A stretch of DNA of 64,000 nt, from the NCBI GenBank assembly GCA_963675785.1, contig OY776562.1, positions 96,001 through 160,000 on the forward strand. The letters run 5' to 3'. Position 1 is the first letter of the stretch. Each line of letters starts with the position of its first letter. Below are positions 39,931 to 51,808 of the stretch, one piece after another. Source of the stretch: Anaerolineae bacterium (GTDB lineage: Bacteria; Chloroflexota; Anaerolineae; UBA1429). The position numbers and the translations under genes are program-made. Below the pieces are notes generated by a model that saw only the letters and a list, made by a program, of their open reading frames with translations, was not told the DNA's origin and ran no database searches.

Positions 39931-40916
39931 GTCTGTTTCTCCTCGGGCGCTTTTGGGCCCAATTTCCACAGAGCGCTAATATCGATGCTCTTGAGCCACA
40001 CGGCTAATGCACCCAAAATCAGGATAGTACCATAGATAAGAGCGTGTAATACCAGGGCATAAGACATGCCGGTAGTATCACTGACACCGAATAGCCCGAG
40101 GCAGAGTACAGTGACGTAGTGGAACACGCCTACCTGGGCTGGTACGCCGGGAATGAGCGCCGAGATGTAATGGCTGACGATAATCAGCAGGGCTCCGGCG
40201 GCGGTTGGGGAGATGTTCAGACCGTAGAACAGAGTGTATTCGGTGGCAAAGCTGGTTAGCCAGATGAGGGCGGTGAGACCAAGAGCTGGCAACAGGCGAC
40301 CAGAATCCAACAGCATACTGAGGCCGTCAAGGCCGGTAGAGAGCAAGTGCCCCAGGCGTTGGGGCAAACGGTTGGCGAATTTGGTGAGCGGTTTACGCAG
40401 CCACAGCACCAGGGCCAGTACTATAAAGATGATAGCGAACACGCCGATAAAGGCCCATGATGCAGTGCGAAACCAATCCGGTAAGGCCAGTACAAAGCCG
40501 AGTACCAGCGTGCTGCCCAACACAGCCAAGGCATCCATGAATTTTAAGACGACCACAAGAGATAGATTAGCGCCCAGGGGCGTTTGCGAGCTTTTGCTGG
40601 CTAGATAGGCCTGGGAGAGTTCGCCAAAGCGGAGTGGCACCACAGCGTTGAGAAATTGTCCGATGATTAAAAAGGCGGTCAGGTCGTTCCAGCGTGGTGC
40701 GATATCGGCAGTATAGAGGCTTTTCCAACGCAGACCTTTGAGGGCTGTGCCGCCCAGAATAAAGAACCAACTGACGATCACCCAGACGATGTTAGCCTGA
40801 CCAAGAGCATCCCACAGGCTTTGCCAGTCGACTGAGCGAGCCGCAAACCAAAACAGGGCTCCTGCAATCAGGAGCCCTATGATGCTCTGCAAGACTCTTT
40901 TTCTATCCATAGACAC
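39927..40916 (-). CDS. Lysylphosphatidylglycerol-synthase TM domain / flippase-like membrane protein
   Basis: Polytopic; LRWKSL, FLNAVVPLRFGE, PGVPAQVGVFH motifs typical of LPG_synthase_TM (UPF0104). Confidence 0.8.
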   Translation of the reverse strand: MSMDRKRVLQSIIGLLIAGALFWFAARSVDWQSLWDALGQANIVWVIVSWFFILGGTALKGLRWKSLYTADIAPRWNDLTAFLIIGQFLNAVVPLRFGELSQAYLASKSSQTPLGANLSLVVVLKFMDALAVLGSTLVLGFVLALPDWFRTASWAFIGVFAIIFIVLALVLWLRKPLTKFANRLPQRLGHLLSTGLDGLSMLLDSGRLLPALGLTALIWLTSFATEYTLFYGLNISPTAAGALLIIVSHYISALIPGVPAQVGVFHYVTVLCLGLFGVSDTTGMSYALVLHALIYGTILILGALAVWLKSIDISALWKLGPKAPEEKQT

Positions 40917-40918
40917 TC

Positions 40919-41953
40919 TCAGCCTTTGGTTGGCTTGTCTACTTCGCGACCGGCATAGTGGGCGGCATAATACTGATTATACAGCTCGCCTGACTTGATC
41001 TTGCGCCACCACCACTCGTTGTCCTCATACCAACGAACGGTTTTTTCCAGCGCCTGCTGAAAATCGTGGCGAGATCTCCAGCCCAATGCGTTGATTTTGT
41101 CTACGTTGAGCGCATAGCGGCGGTCGTGGCCAGGGCGGTCGGTGATGTATTGCAGCAGCGATTCGGGTTTGCCCAGCATATCCAAAATCATGTGCGCCAT
41201 ATCGATGTTTCGAGTCGAGGTACCGGTGCCCAGGTTATAAATCTCGCCCAAGGCGCCCTTGTGCATCACAAAATCGATGCCCTCGCAGTGATCCATCACA
41301 TACTGATAGTCGCGCATCTGCAGGCCGTCGCCATAGATGGGCAGCGGCTTGTCATCGATGGCATTGGTTACAAAGACCGGCACTACCTTTTCAGGGTACT
41401 GGTAGGGACCAATGTTGTTCGAGCCGCGAGTAATGGTAACCGGCAAGCCAAAACTGGTGTAATAGGCCAATACCATCAAGTCTCCGCCGGCCTTGGATGC
41501 TGAGTAGGGACTGCGCGTTTCGATGCAATCGGTCTCTACCGAAGCGCCTTCCAGCACCTGGCCATATACTTCGTCAGTACTCACTTGGTGGTAGCGTTCC
41601 AGGCCCAGGTCTTTGGCTGCCTCGAGCAGGGTAAAGGTGCCAAACACGTCCGTCTGCACAAAACTGCCAGCGTCGGTCAGTGAGCGGTCTACATGGGTCT
41701 CGGCTGCAAAATTGATGATGGTGTCGATTTTATGCGCTTGCAACGTCTCGCGTACCAGCTTGTCGTCGCAAATATCGCCCTGCACAAAAGTGTAACGTGG
41801 GTCATCGGCGATGTCTTTGAGGTTATCGAGGTTGCCGGCGTAGGTCAGCTTGTCGTAAACCAGAATAGAATAATCGGGGTGTTGTTCAAGTGCATAATGG
41901 ACATAGTTCGAGCCAATAAAACCGGCTCCGCCAGTTACCATCAGTCTCTTCAT
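40919..41953 (-). CDS. rfbB: dTDP-glucose 4,6-dehydratase
   Basis: TGGAGFIGSN, DKLTYAGN, AAETHVDRS, STDEVYG, YSASK, DRPGHDRRY. Confidence 0.95.
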   Translation of the reverse strand: MKRLMVTGGAGFIGSNYVHYALEQHPDYSILVYDKLTYAGNLDNLKDIADDPRYTFVQGDICDDKLVRETLQAHKIDTIINFAAETHVDRSLTDAGSFVQTDVFGTFTLLEAAKDLGLERYHQVSTDEVYGQVLEGASVETDCIETRSPYSASKAGGDLMVLAYYTSFGLPVTITRGSNNIGPYQYPEKVVPVFVTNAIDDKPLPIYGDGLQMRDYQYVMDHCEGIDFVMHKGALGEIYNLGTGTSTRNIDMAHMILDMLGKPESLLQYITDRPGHDRRYALNVDKINALGWRSRHDFQQALEKTVRWYEDNEWWWRKIKSGELYNQYYAAHYAGREVDKPTKG

Positions 41954-43368
41954 GACAGGCCCTCTGTATTTTGCGCTTGTTGATTGCGGCGGAATGGGCT
42001 GGTGAGTTTGCGCCATATCTTTTTCGGGTTGGCGTAGCGATGCCACAGATAGCGCGTACGCCGCTTGACGCGGTTTTTGAACTTGCGCTTTTGCGATTCT
42101 TCAACCGCCCAATGCAACCACTTGTAATCTACACCAACGATCTTTTCTTCATCGGGGTTGCGACGATAGCTGCCATGCTCTTTGATGAGGGAAAGGCCGC
42201 TCTCAATGCAATAGTCATAAAGGTCACTGCCCGGGTGCGGCGTGTAAAAAGCTGGACTGTAATAGTCAGGATCGATCTCTTTGAGCATCGAGATCGTCTC
42301 CAGCACCTCTTCTTTAGTCTCGGTAGGCAGGCCCATCATATAGTTGGCCCAGATGGCGATACCGTATTTTTTACAGATTCTGCCAGCTTCGATGTTATGC
42401 CAGCGTTTGGTACCCTTACGGATGAAGCGTAAAACGCGGTCGCTGCCGCTCTCAAAGCCGATGAAATAACCGCGCAGTCCTGCTTTGGCCATCAATGCTA
42501 CCAGATCCTCGTTCTTGACGATGATATCGGCGCGGCTTTGGCAGAAAAAGGGCTGGGTAAAACCTTCAGCCATGTATTTTTCGCAGAACTCGATGACCCA
42601 TTCACGATCCTCGGTGAGGCAGTCATCATGGAACATGAAACTGGCGAAATGATACTTGGCCTGTTTTTCTTTGAGCTCGGTAATAATGTTATCGGGGCTG
42701 CGGTGTCGCACTTTGCGACCAAAGATGTAACGTTCTGCGGGTTGGCAATAGCTGCAATTGTACATGCAGCCGCGCCCGGCAATAAGGGTAATGAATGGTG
42801 CTGGCAATTCTACAGCAAAGGGGGCCTCGGGTGAGACGGCGTGAAAGCCCTGCGCGGCCCACTCATCGAGAAACAGGTCATGGTCGGAAAAGGGAATGGT
42901 GTCCAAGTCAGGATGAGTACCCGTGATGACATGGGGAATCTTTTCCCCGCGCGCCAGTTTGTCCAAGGCATCTGGTAGGCTTTCTTCGCCTTCACCAACA
43001 AACACATAGTCGATGTTGGGGTTATCGGTCATCTCTTGAGGCATAATGGTGGGGTGTGGCCCGCCAACAAAGGTGATGATATTGGGGTTTACCTCACGGA
43101 CGATCTCTAAAACCTGCATAGCCGGATCAAAGTCGACACTCATGAGGGAGACAGCAATGATGTCGGGGTTGCGCTCGCTTACGAGTTGACGAAAGTGATC
43201 CCAACCCTTTAGCGCGCGAAGGTCGAGCAGGTCGGCTTCGTGGCCGACGCGCTTGACGCAAGCCGCCAGAATGGCGATACCGTGACTGATCCAGCCCGAA
43301 TCCATGCCTTTGCCAATGCTATCAAATCCTTGTCCTCCAATTCCTGGATAGACAAATGTTACTTTCAT
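41950..43368 (-). CDS. B12-binding domain radical SAM protein
   Basis: GGPHPT cobalamin-binding-domain motif, RGCMYNCSYC CxxxCxxC, GFESGS; GGAGGAG SD. Confidence 0.9.
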   Translation of the reverse strand: MKVTFVYPGIGGQGFDSIGKGMDSGWISHGIAILAACVKRVGHEADLLDLRALKGWDHFRQLVSERNPDIIAVSLMSVDFDPAMQVLEIVREVNPNIITFVGGPHPTIMPQEMTDNPNIDYVFVGEGEESLPDALDKLARGEKIPHVITGTHPDLDTIPFSDHDLFLDEWAAQGFHAVSPEAPFAVELPAPFITLIAGRGCMYNCSYCQPAERYIFGRKVRHRSPDNIITELKEKQAKYHFASFMFHDDCLTEDREWVIEFCEKYMAEGFTQPFFCQSRADIIVKNEDLVALMAKAGLRGYFIGFESGSDRVLRFIRKGTKRWHNIEAGRICKKYGIAIWANYMMGLPTETKEEVLETISMLKEIDPDYYSPAFYTPHPGSDLYDYCIESGLSLIKEHGSYRRNPDEEKIVGVDYKWLHWAVEESQKRKFKNRVKRRTRYLWHRYANPKKIWRKLTSPFRRNQQAQNTEGLS

Positions 43369-43621
43369 CAACTCCTCCAACTGGCAATGCGCAGTGTTTC
43401 AACTGAGACGTGTGAGTTATCTGGCAGGTTCCTTTGCCGCCGGCGTAAATTTGTTTACGGCCAACGCTGATGGTTTTGTGTTTGCTAAGAACAGTAGCAA
43501 GCTTATACAAGTGTTGTTCTGCACTTGCATCATATCTCTGATCTTGCCCTCTTGCGATTATACAACCTGGAGGGGCCATCTCAAATTGCCTATCGCATGT
43601 CGGATAGGGTTTAGCGTGTTC

Positions 43622-43650
43622 TTGTCACAAGGGCGGCGCATGAGTATAGT
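43622..43650 (+). promoter_or_regulatory. sigma70 promoter of queD
   Basis: TTGTCA-17 bp-TATAGT. Confidence 0.55.
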
Positions 43651-43668
43651 TGTGGAATCGGAGGTTTT

Positions 43669-44031
43669 ATGTACACAATACGCGTAAGACGGCATTTTGA
43701 CGCCGCTCATGCATTGCGTGGGTATGGCGGCAAATGTGAGAATTTGCACGGCCACCGATGGCAAATTGTTGTTGCGGTTGCTTCAGATGAACTGGATGAC
43801 GTTGGTCTTGCATTTGATTTCACTCGACTCAAGCACGAGCTGGATGTTATTCTCTCCCGTTATGATCACCAGTTCTTGAACGAGGTTCCCCCTTTTGATG
43901 AGCTGAACCCGAGCTCTGAGCATATTGCCCGCACCATATTCTGTGAATTGCAGGAACGTGTTCCAGAGGCCAATATTCTAGAGGTGGAATCGTGGGAATC
44001 GCCGGATGCTTGGGCGACGTATAAGCCTTGA
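43669..44031 (+). CDS. queD: 6-carboxytetrahydropterin synthase (6-pyruvoyl-tetrahydropterin synthase family)
   Basis: FDAAHAL, CENLHGH, YDHQFLNE, NPSSEHIA, WES. Confidence 0.9.
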   Translation: MYTIRVRRHFDAAHALRGYGGKCENLHGHRWQIVVAVASDELDDVGLAFDFTRLKHELDVILSRYDHQFLNEVPPFDELNPSSEHIARTIFCELQERVPEANILEVESWESPDAWATYKP

Positions 44032-44104
44032 CCTCACGATTGTTGTGTTTGGTACAAGGCGTGGTATATTGGACGGCCTATTTTAGACGGAGGCATTACG
44101 CCGA

Positions 44105-46519
44105 ATGTCCAGAGATTCTTTTCCCGAGTTAGACAGCCTTGAATCCTGGCTGGACGATGGTTTTGAGACAGATGAAGAGCCGCTCGACTATGAGCGCGGC
44201 GAATTCCCTGTGTTGCCGCTTCGCGATACGGTTATCTATCCACAGACCGTAACGCCCCTTTTTGTTGGGCGTGAGGCTTCGGTGAGAGCTGTTAATGAGG
44301 CCACAGAAGGCGATCAGCGCCTGATTGTAGTGGCTCAGCATGATCCCGAGATTGAGAAACCCGGCCCTGATGACCTTTATTCGGTAGGCACCGAAGTTAT
44401 CATCGGGCGAAAACTGCGCATGCCGGATGGCTCCTTGAATATCTGGGTGCAGGGGCAGCGCCGTGTAGAGCTGATCGAGTTTCGCCAGACCGAGCCTTAT
44501 TTACGTGCCGTGGCTTCGCCGGTTGAGGAAAGCTATGATATGGGGCTTTCGACCGAGGCGTTAATGCGTGCGGTGTTGGCCCTCTTTGAAAAGGTGGTGC
44601 ACCTGAGCCACTCGATCCCCGAGGATGCCTACATTGCGGCGATGAATGCCGACGATCCGGGAACACGCGCCGACCTTATTGCTTCGGTGACGGGCTTTGA
44701 TGTCATTCAAAAGCAAGAAGTGCTCGAGATTGCCGATGCTTCACGGCGTTTGCAGCGGGTAAGCATGATGCTGGCCGCCGAGCTGGATGTGCTCGAACTC
44801 GAGAACCGCATCAATTCGCGCGTGCAAGAAGAGGTTGATCGGTCTCAGCGAGAGTATTACCTGCGCGAGCAGATGCGAGCCATCCAGACCGAGCTTTCCG
44901 AGGCTGATCCCTCACTGGAAGAAGTGTCCGAGCTGCAAGAGCGCCTTGAAGAGAAAAAACTACCCGATGATGTTCGTGAAAAAGCAACCAAAGAGTTAGC
45001 CCGGCTGTCGAGCATGTCATCGGCCCAGCCAGAAAGCACCATCGTTCGTTCTTATCTCGATCTGATCTTGGACCTTCCCTGGGCCGAGTTATCTCAGGAT
45101 CGCCTGAACATCAAAGAGGCTGCCAAGATTCTCGAGTCGTCGCATTACGGGTTGCCCAGGGCCAAGGAACGTGTTCTGGAGCACATTGCCGTTTACCACT
45201 TGGCACCTGACAAGATGCGCAACCCCATCCTTTGCTTTGTAGGCCCTCCGGGTACCGGCAAGACCTCATTGGGCAAATCGATTGCCGAGGCATTGGGCCG
45301 CGAGTTTGTGCGCATCAGCCTGGGTGGCATTAAGGATGAGGCCGAGATTCGCGGACACCGCCGTACCTATATCGGTGCACTGCCAGGGCGTATCCTTCAG
45401 GGTATGCGTCGGGCTGGCACAAAGAACCCGGTGTTCATGCTGGACGAGATTGACAAGGTAGGCCAGGATTTTCATGGCGACCCGGCGTCGGCATTGCTTG
45501 AGGTGCTCGATCCGGAACAGAATAATTCGTTCTCCGATCACTATTTGGAGATGCCTTTTGATCTATCCAAGGTGATGTTTATCACTACAGCTAACTTGTT
45601 GGATCCCATTCCCTCTGCATTGCTCGACCGCATGGAAGTCATTGAGTTCAGCGGCTATATGGAAGAAGAAAAGATCGAGATTGCGCGCCGCTTTTTGATT
45701 CCTAACCAAATCGAACAGAACGGACTCGAAACTCTCCGCTTTTCGGATGGCTCATTGCAGACACTTGTGCGGGAATATACGTTTGAGGCGGGGGTTCGCA
45801 ATCTGGATCGTGAAATTGCTACCATCTGCCGCAAAGTGGCCAGGATAGTAGCGGAGGATAAACCTGCTCCTGCTGCTATCGGCAAGCAATCACTGACCAA
45901 GTACCTGGGCCCTCCCAAGCGACTATACCAGGATCTGGAAAAGATCGATATGGTGGGTGTGGCCACTGGTCTGGCTTGGACTGAAGCAGGCGGCGATACG
46001 CTCTATATTGAGGTGACAGTGATGGAGGGCAAGGGCTCTCTGACACTAACCGGGCAGTTGGGCGAGGTCATGCAGGAATCTGCACAAGCGGCGCTCTCTT
46101 ATGCGCGCTCCCATTCACGGGAGCTGGGCATCGGCAGCACCGATTTCGATAAAATCGATATCCACATTCATGTGCCCGAAGGTGCAGTCCCCAAGGATGG
46201 TCCTTCGGCGGGTGTCACCATAGCAACGGCCCTTATTTCGGCTTTGAGCGATCGCCCTGTGCGCCATGAAGTGGCCATGACGGGTGAGATCACCTTACGC
46301 GGACGAGTTCTGGGTATTGGTGGACTGCGCGAAAAGGCTTTGGCTGCGCGTCGCGCAGGTCTCAAAACCATGTTGGTGCCGCGCCAAAACGAACGCGATA
46401 TGGTGGATATTCCCCGGCCACTGCGCCGTGGTTTGGATTTTGTGTTCGTCGATTCAATGGACCAGATTCTGCCCCTCGCGTTGCAAACACCAACAAACAA
46501 GAGAGGGCGAGCTCAATAG
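44105..46519 (+). CDS. lon: ATP-dependent Lon protease (endopeptidase La)
   Basis: LON N-domain, [29 protein letters not shown] (Ser), GGLREK (Lys). Confidence 0.97.
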   Translation: MSRDSFPELDSLESWLDDGFETDEEPLDYERGEFPVLPLRDTVIYPQTVTPLFVGREASVRAVNEATEGDQRLIVVAQHDPEIEKPGPDDLYSVGTEVIIGRKLRMPDGSLNIWVQGQRRVELIEFRQTEPYLRAVASPVEESYDMGLSTEALMRAVLALFEKVVHLSHSIPEDAYIAAMNADDPGTRADLIASVTGFDVIQKQEVLEIADASRRLQRVSMMLAAELDVLELENRINSRVQEEVDRSQREYYLREQMRAIQTELSEADPSLEEVSELQERLEEKKLPDDVREKATKELARLSSMSSAQPESTIVRSYLDLILDLPWAELSQDRLNIKEAAKILESSHYGLPRAKERVLEHIAVYHLAPDKMRNPILCFVGPPGTGKTSLGKSIAEALGREFVRISLGGIKDEAEIRGHRRTYIGALPGRILQGMRRAGTKNPVFMLDEIDKVGQDFHGDPASALLEVLDPEQNNSFSDHYLEMPFDLSKVMFITTANLLDPIPSALLDRMEVIEFSGYMEEEKIEIARRFLIPNQIEQNGLETLRFSDGSLQTLVREYTFEAGVRNLDREIATICRKVARIVAEDKPAPAAIGKQSLTKYLGPPKRLYQDLEKIDMVGVATGLAWTEAGGDTLYIEVTVMEGKGSLTLTGQLGEVMQESAQAALSYARSHSRELGIGSTDFDKIDIHIHVPEGAVPKDGPSAGVTIATALISALSDRPVRHEVAMTGEITLRGRVLGIGGLREKALAARRAGLKTMLVPRQNERDMVDIPRPLRRGLDFVFVDSMDQILPLALQTPTNKRGRAQ

Positions 46520-46531
46520 GCTTGCTAAAGT

Positions 46532-46567
46532 AAAAGAGGGGACGCTCAATGCGTCCCCTCTTTTTTA
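46532..46567. terminator. Bidirectional terminator between lon and mfd
   Basis: AAAAGAGGGGACGC-TCAAT-GCGTCCCCTCTTTTT. Confidence 0.8.
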
Positions 46568-49500
46568 TTGTACTTGAGCAGGTACGAGTTCTAGATCGGC
46601 AATGAGCGCTAAAAGCCGCAATAGCCGATCTTGCCAATCATTCCCCATGGACATTTCCAGACGTGTTCCCCGGGCAACAAGCCCCGATATGCGTTTGGTG
46701 AGCACGGTTGCGCCCTGACTTGTAAGGGGTATCGGCAGCATGATAACCAAAAGCTGTTGTTCTGGCCTAATGGCCTGGATGCCAGCTTGGTCGGCCAACA
46801 CTTTGACGCGTAATGCGTACACCAGCCCCTGCACCGGCTCGACCAACTCGCCAAAGCGATCTTGCAGTTCTTGCTCCAAAGCATCCACCTGATCGAGTGT
46901 AGAAATAGCTGCCATGCGTCGGTAAAAACGCAGTCGCAGATTGTCGTCAGAGATGAACGAATCAGGAATATAGGTCGAGATGGGCAGATCCAGACTGGCT
47001 GCTTCAGGAGTGGCCAATTGTTGTACTGCAATCTCGTGTTGGGCTTTGCTGGCTGCCTCGTGTAAATCGCCGTGGGTGCTTTTTAAATTGTCGATAGCCT
47101 GACGCAGCAAACGAGTATAGAGGTCGAAACCTACGGCGGCGATATGCCCGTGCTGTTCAGCCCCGAGGATATCACCAGCACCGCGAATCTCGAGATCGCG
47201 CATGGCTACCTGATACCCAGCCCCGAGTTCCGTCGCCTCCTGAATCGTCTCTAGACGTTGTTGGGCGATTTCGGAGAGGGGCGGCTTGTAGAACAGGTAG
47301 GCATAGCCGCGATTAGTACCGCGTCCCACGCGCCCACGCAGTTGGTAGAGCTGGGCCAGGCCAAACATATCGGCGCGGTCGATGATGATAGTATTGGCGT
47401 TGGGGATATCTAATCCGCTCTCGATGATAGTGGTGCATAGCAGAATGTCGTGTTCGCCGCGGGCAAAGCCCAACATCACCTGGGCCAACTCGCCTTCGCC
47501 CATTTGGCCATGCCCAATGGTGAGAGATGCCTCTGGCACCACTTCGCGAAGCTTTTCGGCCACACTATCGATATCGTGCACACGGTTGTGTACAAAGAAT
47601 ATCTGCCCGCCGCGGTCGATCTCACGAAGAATGGATTTGCGCACCAACGACCAGTCCAGTTTGGCTACAGAGGTGTGCACCGGCAGCCGTTCTTCAGGTG
47701 GTGTATTGATGATGCTCATATCTCGGGCGCCACTCAACGCCAGAGAAAGCGTCCGGGGGATGGGAGTGGCGGTCATGGTGAGCACATCCACCTGACGGCG
47801 CAGATTGGTCAACGTTTCCTTATGCTGCACGCCAAAGCGCTGCTCTTCGTCAATAACGACTAACCCCAAATCCTTAAAGGAGACATCTTTGGAGAGCAAA
47901 CGGTGTGTGCCAATGACGACATCAACACTACCATTGACCAGTCCTTCAATAACGCGTTCTTGCTCTTGCGGGGTGCGGAATCGGGAAAGCATTTCAACCG
48001 TGACAGGAAAAGCACGCAACCGGCGGCGGAACGTATAAAAGTGCTGTTGGGCCAGTACGGTGGTGGGCACCAGAATAGCTACCTGTTTGCCGTCTATTAC
48101 CGCCTTGAAAACGGCTCGTAGGGCGACTTCAGTCTTGCCATATCCCACATCGCCACACAGCAGGCGATCCATAGGGCGGGGGATTTGCATATCTTCTTTG
48201 ACTTCGATCAGTGCCGTAAGCTGGTCGGCTGTCTCTTCATAGGGAAAGGAGGCTTCGAGTTCCCGTTGCCAGGCGTTGTCGGCTGAAAAGGCATAGCCGG
48301 GAAGAATCTGGCGAGAGGCATAGAGTTCGAGCAAGTCGACGGCTAATTTGCGGACAGCCTTCTCAGCTCGTTCGCGAACGGTCTTCCATTCTGTGCCACC
48401 CAGTCGGTGTATGCGCGGCGATCTCTCATCTGCGCCAACATAGCGGGTCACATTATCGGCCTGCTGTATGGGCACATACAGCCGATCCGTATCGGCGTAA
48501 ATAATCTCTAGATATTCTCGTGTTACCGGGCCAATGCTCTTTTGGGTGATGCCGTTGTATTGGCCGATGCCATGATCCACATGGACAACATAATCGCCGG
48601 GCTTGAACTCGAAAAAGCGGCTTTCAGGGGCAAATTCTCGCCTCGTCTTGCGTCGGCGTTGAACCCGCGCCCAGCCAAATAGCTCGGCATCGGTGAGCAC
48701 CACAAGTTTTTGAGAGGGCAACATCCAACCGCGATCAAGAATGCCATCAACCAGTGTAATCCGGCCCTCAGCGGGCATATTTTCAAGATCGCGTACTGGC
48801 GTGACTATGGTATTGTGGTCGCCGAGGAGATCAGCCAGGCGCTCAGCCTGCCGACTTACTAGCACAACACGCTCTCCACGCTGTTGCCGCTCGACGAGTT
48901 CGTCAATGGCCGTATCGATCTGGCCACTGTATAGCGGTGAGGGGATAAAGAAGCGGCTGTCTACTTCGGTCGTTTCCCCCTCGGCATAGGTAAGATTGAC
49001 AATGCTCGACCGTGCCAGGCGATTGTAGGCAGCATTCCAATCCAGGTAAGCCTGAGGCCATTCTTGAGGGAGTCTCCCGGCGGCACAGAGTTCTTGCCGT
49101 AGTGCGCTGGATTGTTCCTCCAAGCGTCCGGCTTCTGCTTCTACGGCGACGGCATCATCGAATAGAACCAGCGTATCCTGTGGCATGTAATCCATAATGC
49201 AGGATATGCGTGGGTAGAGGTAGGGCATATAGTATTCGATGCCAGCAAAGATGTGTCCCTGTGTCAGCCTTTCAATATGATCTCGAATACGTTGCTGTGT
49301 CTCGGCATCACAGGTGGAAAGATCTAGTTTGGCCAGGGCCGCTGCTGCTGCCGGTCCCCATTCGGGCAAGGCTTCTACCGTTGGCGCGAGCATGATTTCT
49401 TGCAGTGTTTGCAATGATCGCTGGCTTGAGGGAGAAAAGCTGCGGATTGAGTCAATTTCATCGCCGAAAAAGTCAATGCGGATAGGATGTTCTTCTGTAG

Positions 49501-50092
49501 GTGGAAAGAAATCAACGATGCTACCCCTGTGGCTGAATGTGCCGCGTTCTTCCACCACAACAGCCGGTTCGTAACCGAGTTTGACACAATATTCCAGCAG
49601 CTGGTACTGCGAAAGCTGCTGCCCGACGGCCAACTTGATGGGGGCGCGCCGAAAAGCGAGTCGTGAAGCGCTGAGGCTCATCAAAGCCCACACAGAGACG
49701 GAAACGATAGTTCCTGTCTGGGATTGATCTGGAGCTGTTAACGCCGAAAGGACGCCTGCTCGCGCTTGTGAAGTACTAGGATCCCATGGTGTAGGGTCGT
49801 AAAAGAGGGCATCGGGAGCGTGAAAGCAATGTACGGGGCCGTTGTCATTGCCAAGGTATTCGATCTCATCCGCCAGTGCCCGCGCACGCTGGGGGCTGGC
49901 GCTAATGACTAGCATGGCTCCCTGCCAGTCAGATTGGAGGCATGATAATATAGCCCCTCGGCTGGAGCGTAGGATGCCCAGACCGGGTGCAGTTGTTGAT
50001 TCGCTGCTTTGTCGAGGTTCTTTTAGGCTGCGCAACAAGTCGATGTATTCGTTGCTGCGCCTGATGGTTTCGATAATGCCCTGTAGCGGCAC
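46565..50092 (-). CDS. mfd: Transcription-repair coupling factor
   Basis: UvrB-like module, [12 protein letters not shown] (RID), [28 protein letters not shown] domain. Confidence 0.97.
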   Translation of the reverse strand: MPLQGIIETIRRSNEYIDLLRSLKEPRQSSESTTAPGLGILRSSRGAILSCLQSDWQGAMLVISASPQRARALADEIEYLGNDNGPVHCFHAPDALFYDPTPWDPSTSQARAGVLSALTAPDQSQTGTIVSVSVWALMSLSASRLAFRRAPIKLAVGQQLSQYQLLEYCVKLGYEPAVVVEERGTFSHRGSIVDFFPPTEEHPIRIDFFGDEIDSIRSFSPSSQRSLQTLQEIMLAPTVEALPEWGPAAAAALAKLDLSTCDAETQQRIRDHIERLTQGHIFAGIEYYMPYLYPRISCIMDYMPQDTLVLFDDAVAVEAEAGRLEEQSSALRQELCAAGRLPQEWPQAYLDWNAAYNRLARSSIVNLTYAEGETTEVDSRFFIPSPLYSGQIDTAIDELVERQQRGERVVLVSRQAERLADLLGDHNTIVTPVRDLENMPAEGRITLVDGILDRGWMLPSQKLVVLTDAELFGWARVQRRRKTRREFAPESRFFEFKPGDYVVHVDHGIGQYNGITQKSIGPVTREYLEIIYADTDRLYVPIQQADNVTRYVGADERSPRIHRLGGTEWKTVRERAEKAVRKLAVDLLELYASRQILPGYAFSADNAWQRELEASFPYEETADQLTALIEVKEDMQIPRPMDRLLCGDVGYGKTEVALRAVFKAVIDGKQVAILVPTTVLAQQHFYTFRRRLRAFPVTVEMLSRFRTPQEQERVIEGLVNGSVDVVIGTHRLLSKDVSFKDLGLVVIDEEQRFGVQHKETLTNLRRQVDVLTMTATPIPRTLSLALSGARDMSIINTPPEERLPVHTSVAKLDWSLVRKSILREIDRGGQIFFVHNRVHDIDSVAEKLREVVPEASLTIGHGQMGEGELAQVMLGFARGEHDILLCTTIIESGLDIPNANTIIIDRADMFGLAQLYQLRGRVGRGTNRGYAYLFYKPPLSEIAQQRLETIQEATELGAGYQVAMRDLEIRGAGDILGAEQHGHIAAVGFDLYTRLLRQAIDNLKSTHGDLHEAASKAQHEIAVQQLATPEAASLDLPISTYIPDSFISDDNLRLRFYRRMAAISTLDQVDALEQELQDRFGELVEPVQGLVYALRVKVLADQAGIQAIRPEQQLLVIMLPIPLTSQGATVLTKRISGLVARGTRLEMSMGNDWQDRLLRLLALIADLELVPAQVQ

Positions 50093-50113
50093 GTCAGTAT
50101 CTCCTGCCCTGCA

Positions 50114-50683
50114 TCAGCTGCCGTTAAAAATGTTCATGGTCTCGGTGACACTATGATCCAGCAGATACACGACGGCATCCGCAGCGCTATCGATGGCATT
50201 AGCGATATCGATGCCTTCGTCGATGGTAAATCGTTCGAGAACGTGATCAACTGCATCACGGCCAGGATTAGGCCTGCCAATGCCAATGCGTACCCTGCAA
50301 AACTCGTTTGCCCCCAACCGATCGATGATGGATTGAATGCCTTTATGGCCGCCGCTACTTCCACCGAGACGGATGCGCAATCTGCCTACAGGCAGGTCAA
50401 GGTCGTCATAAATGACGATGATGTTCTCAACAGGGATCTTGAACCAGTGAGCAATGGCCGCTACAGACTCGCCGCTGGCGTTCATGAACGTTTGCGGTTT
50501 GGCAAATAGTACTGCATGGCTAGCGATCATCGTCTCGCCGTAAAGTGCGTTGAACCGCCGGGTCTCTCGTTGTATAGGATATTGTTCGATCAAGCGGTCG
50601 ATGGCCATAAAGCCGATATTATGGCGTGTCTGAGCATACTTGCGTCCCGGATTTCCGAGCCCCACAACGAGTCGCTTTTCCAT
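50114..50683 (-). CDS. pth: Peptidyl-tRNA hydrolase
   Basis: VGLGNPG, TRHNIGF, KPQTFMNASG, YDDLDLP, GGHKG. Confidence 0.97.
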   Translation of the reverse strand: MEKRLVVGLGNPGRKYAQTRHNIGFMAIDRLIEQYPIQRETRRFNALYGETMIASHAVLFAKPQTFMNASGESVAAIAHWFKIPVENIIVIYDDLDLPVGRLRIRLGGSSGGHKGIQSIIDRLGANEFCRVRIGIGRPNPGRDAVDHVLERFTIDEGIDIANAIDSAADAVVYLLDHSVTETMNIFNGS

Positions 50684-50755
50684 ATTTTCCCTGTTACAGC
50701 GTAAGACGGGGGCTAATCTATTGACTAGCCCCCTAAAAGTCAAACGAGTTTCTGC

Positions 50756-51427
50756 CTAGAGCAGTCGCCGAATAGCAAACACAATGCCAGCGACGGCGAA
50801 TACGGCTGCCATGGCAATAGCCCCAAAGATAAAGGCGTCGCTCCATCCACTGGGGTCAATGGGCAGAACTGTCGTATCGGTCTCAGGTCGACTCAATGTC
50901 GGTGTTGGTGTTGGGAGCGAGAGATCTGCAGTAGGCGTTGCTAGTACCAGAGTCGCAGTAGGCTGCCCCGTGATAGATGTTGAGCCTGCCAGTGTGGGCG
51001 TTGCTGTTGGTGCTTCAGTCGGTGTCGGCGTGGATGTTGGCCGGGTATTGGCGATGACAACGCCCCGGACATAGAACTCTTCATAGTTACCGTCTGTTTT
51101 GACGGCTCGCAATCGCAGGCTATAGACGCCATCAGGCAGCGTTTCTGTATTCCAAGTGGCCAGCTGATTGTTGAGAACGGAGGTCTCGTGCATCTGTCCA
51201 ATAATCGCCCAATCGGTAGGGTTGGGACCTACGCCGTATTCGACCTTGTAATACTGAAAACCATCAACAGACGCAGAGCCGACTATAGAGACGAGTCCGC
51301 GGATTTCTTCGTTAATGCCTGGTGATGTGATCTGAATTTGACTTTGCTGAAGCGGCTCAGCCATGACGGGAAATACCATGCTGAACAGCAAGACGAGCGC
51401 AAGCACCAGAATGCTGCGAGATCTCAT
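50756..51427 (-). CDS. Secreted Ig-like domain protein with Pro/Thr-rich stalk and C-terminal membrane anchor
   Basis: Signal peptide, QITSP...WNTETLPDGVYSLRLRAV beta-sandwich, TPTPT repeats, TM helix plus RR tail. Confidence 0.7.
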   Translation of the reverse strand: MRSRSILVLALVLLFSMVFPVMAEPLQQSQIQITSPGINEEIRGLVSIVGSASVDGFQYYKVEYGVGPNPTDWAIIGQMHETSVLNNQLATWNTETLPDGVYSLRLRAVKTDGNYEEFYVRGVVIANTRPTSTPTPTEAPTATPTLAGSTSITGQPTATLVLATPTADLSLPTPTPTLSRPETDTTVLPIDPSGWSDAFIFGAIAMAAVFAVAGIVFAIRRLL

Positions 51428-51627
51428 TTATGCTCCTTATGAGATAGATATAGCGAGTCTACCACAGAACGCAACTTGAGCCAAAGCGTTCCATAGGAAT
51501 TACAATGTTGGCATCAGCATTTCGTTCAAATTTATCAGCATTATTGTCAATAGACTATTGCATTCCTGGTTCAAAGGTGTTAGCATAACCTTTTGCAGGT
51601 GGTGAGAGCCTATAGCAGGTATATTGC

Positions 51628-51656
51628 TTGACACGGTTATTGGCGTGTGATACGCT
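51628..51656 (+). promoter_or_regulatory. Candidate promoter of rpoD
   Basis: TTGACA-17 bp-TACGCT with extended TG. Confidence 0.5.
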
Positions 51657-51808
51657 AATAGTGCGATAGGGATATATGCTATTGAGGCAAGGTTCATGGT
51701 GACGGGGGGTGTCACTAGAGCTGTACTCTTCGCAGTCCGCCGCTGGCACGTGCGCGGCGGTTTGTTTTGTAGAGATTGTCTATTCGGAAATAGATATAGG
51801 TTGCTGAA

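Noticed and set aside
43600-43668. preQ1 riboswitch upstream of queD
   Set aside because: The predicted promoter leaves only about 12 nt of UTR and no preQ1 aptamer motif is present.
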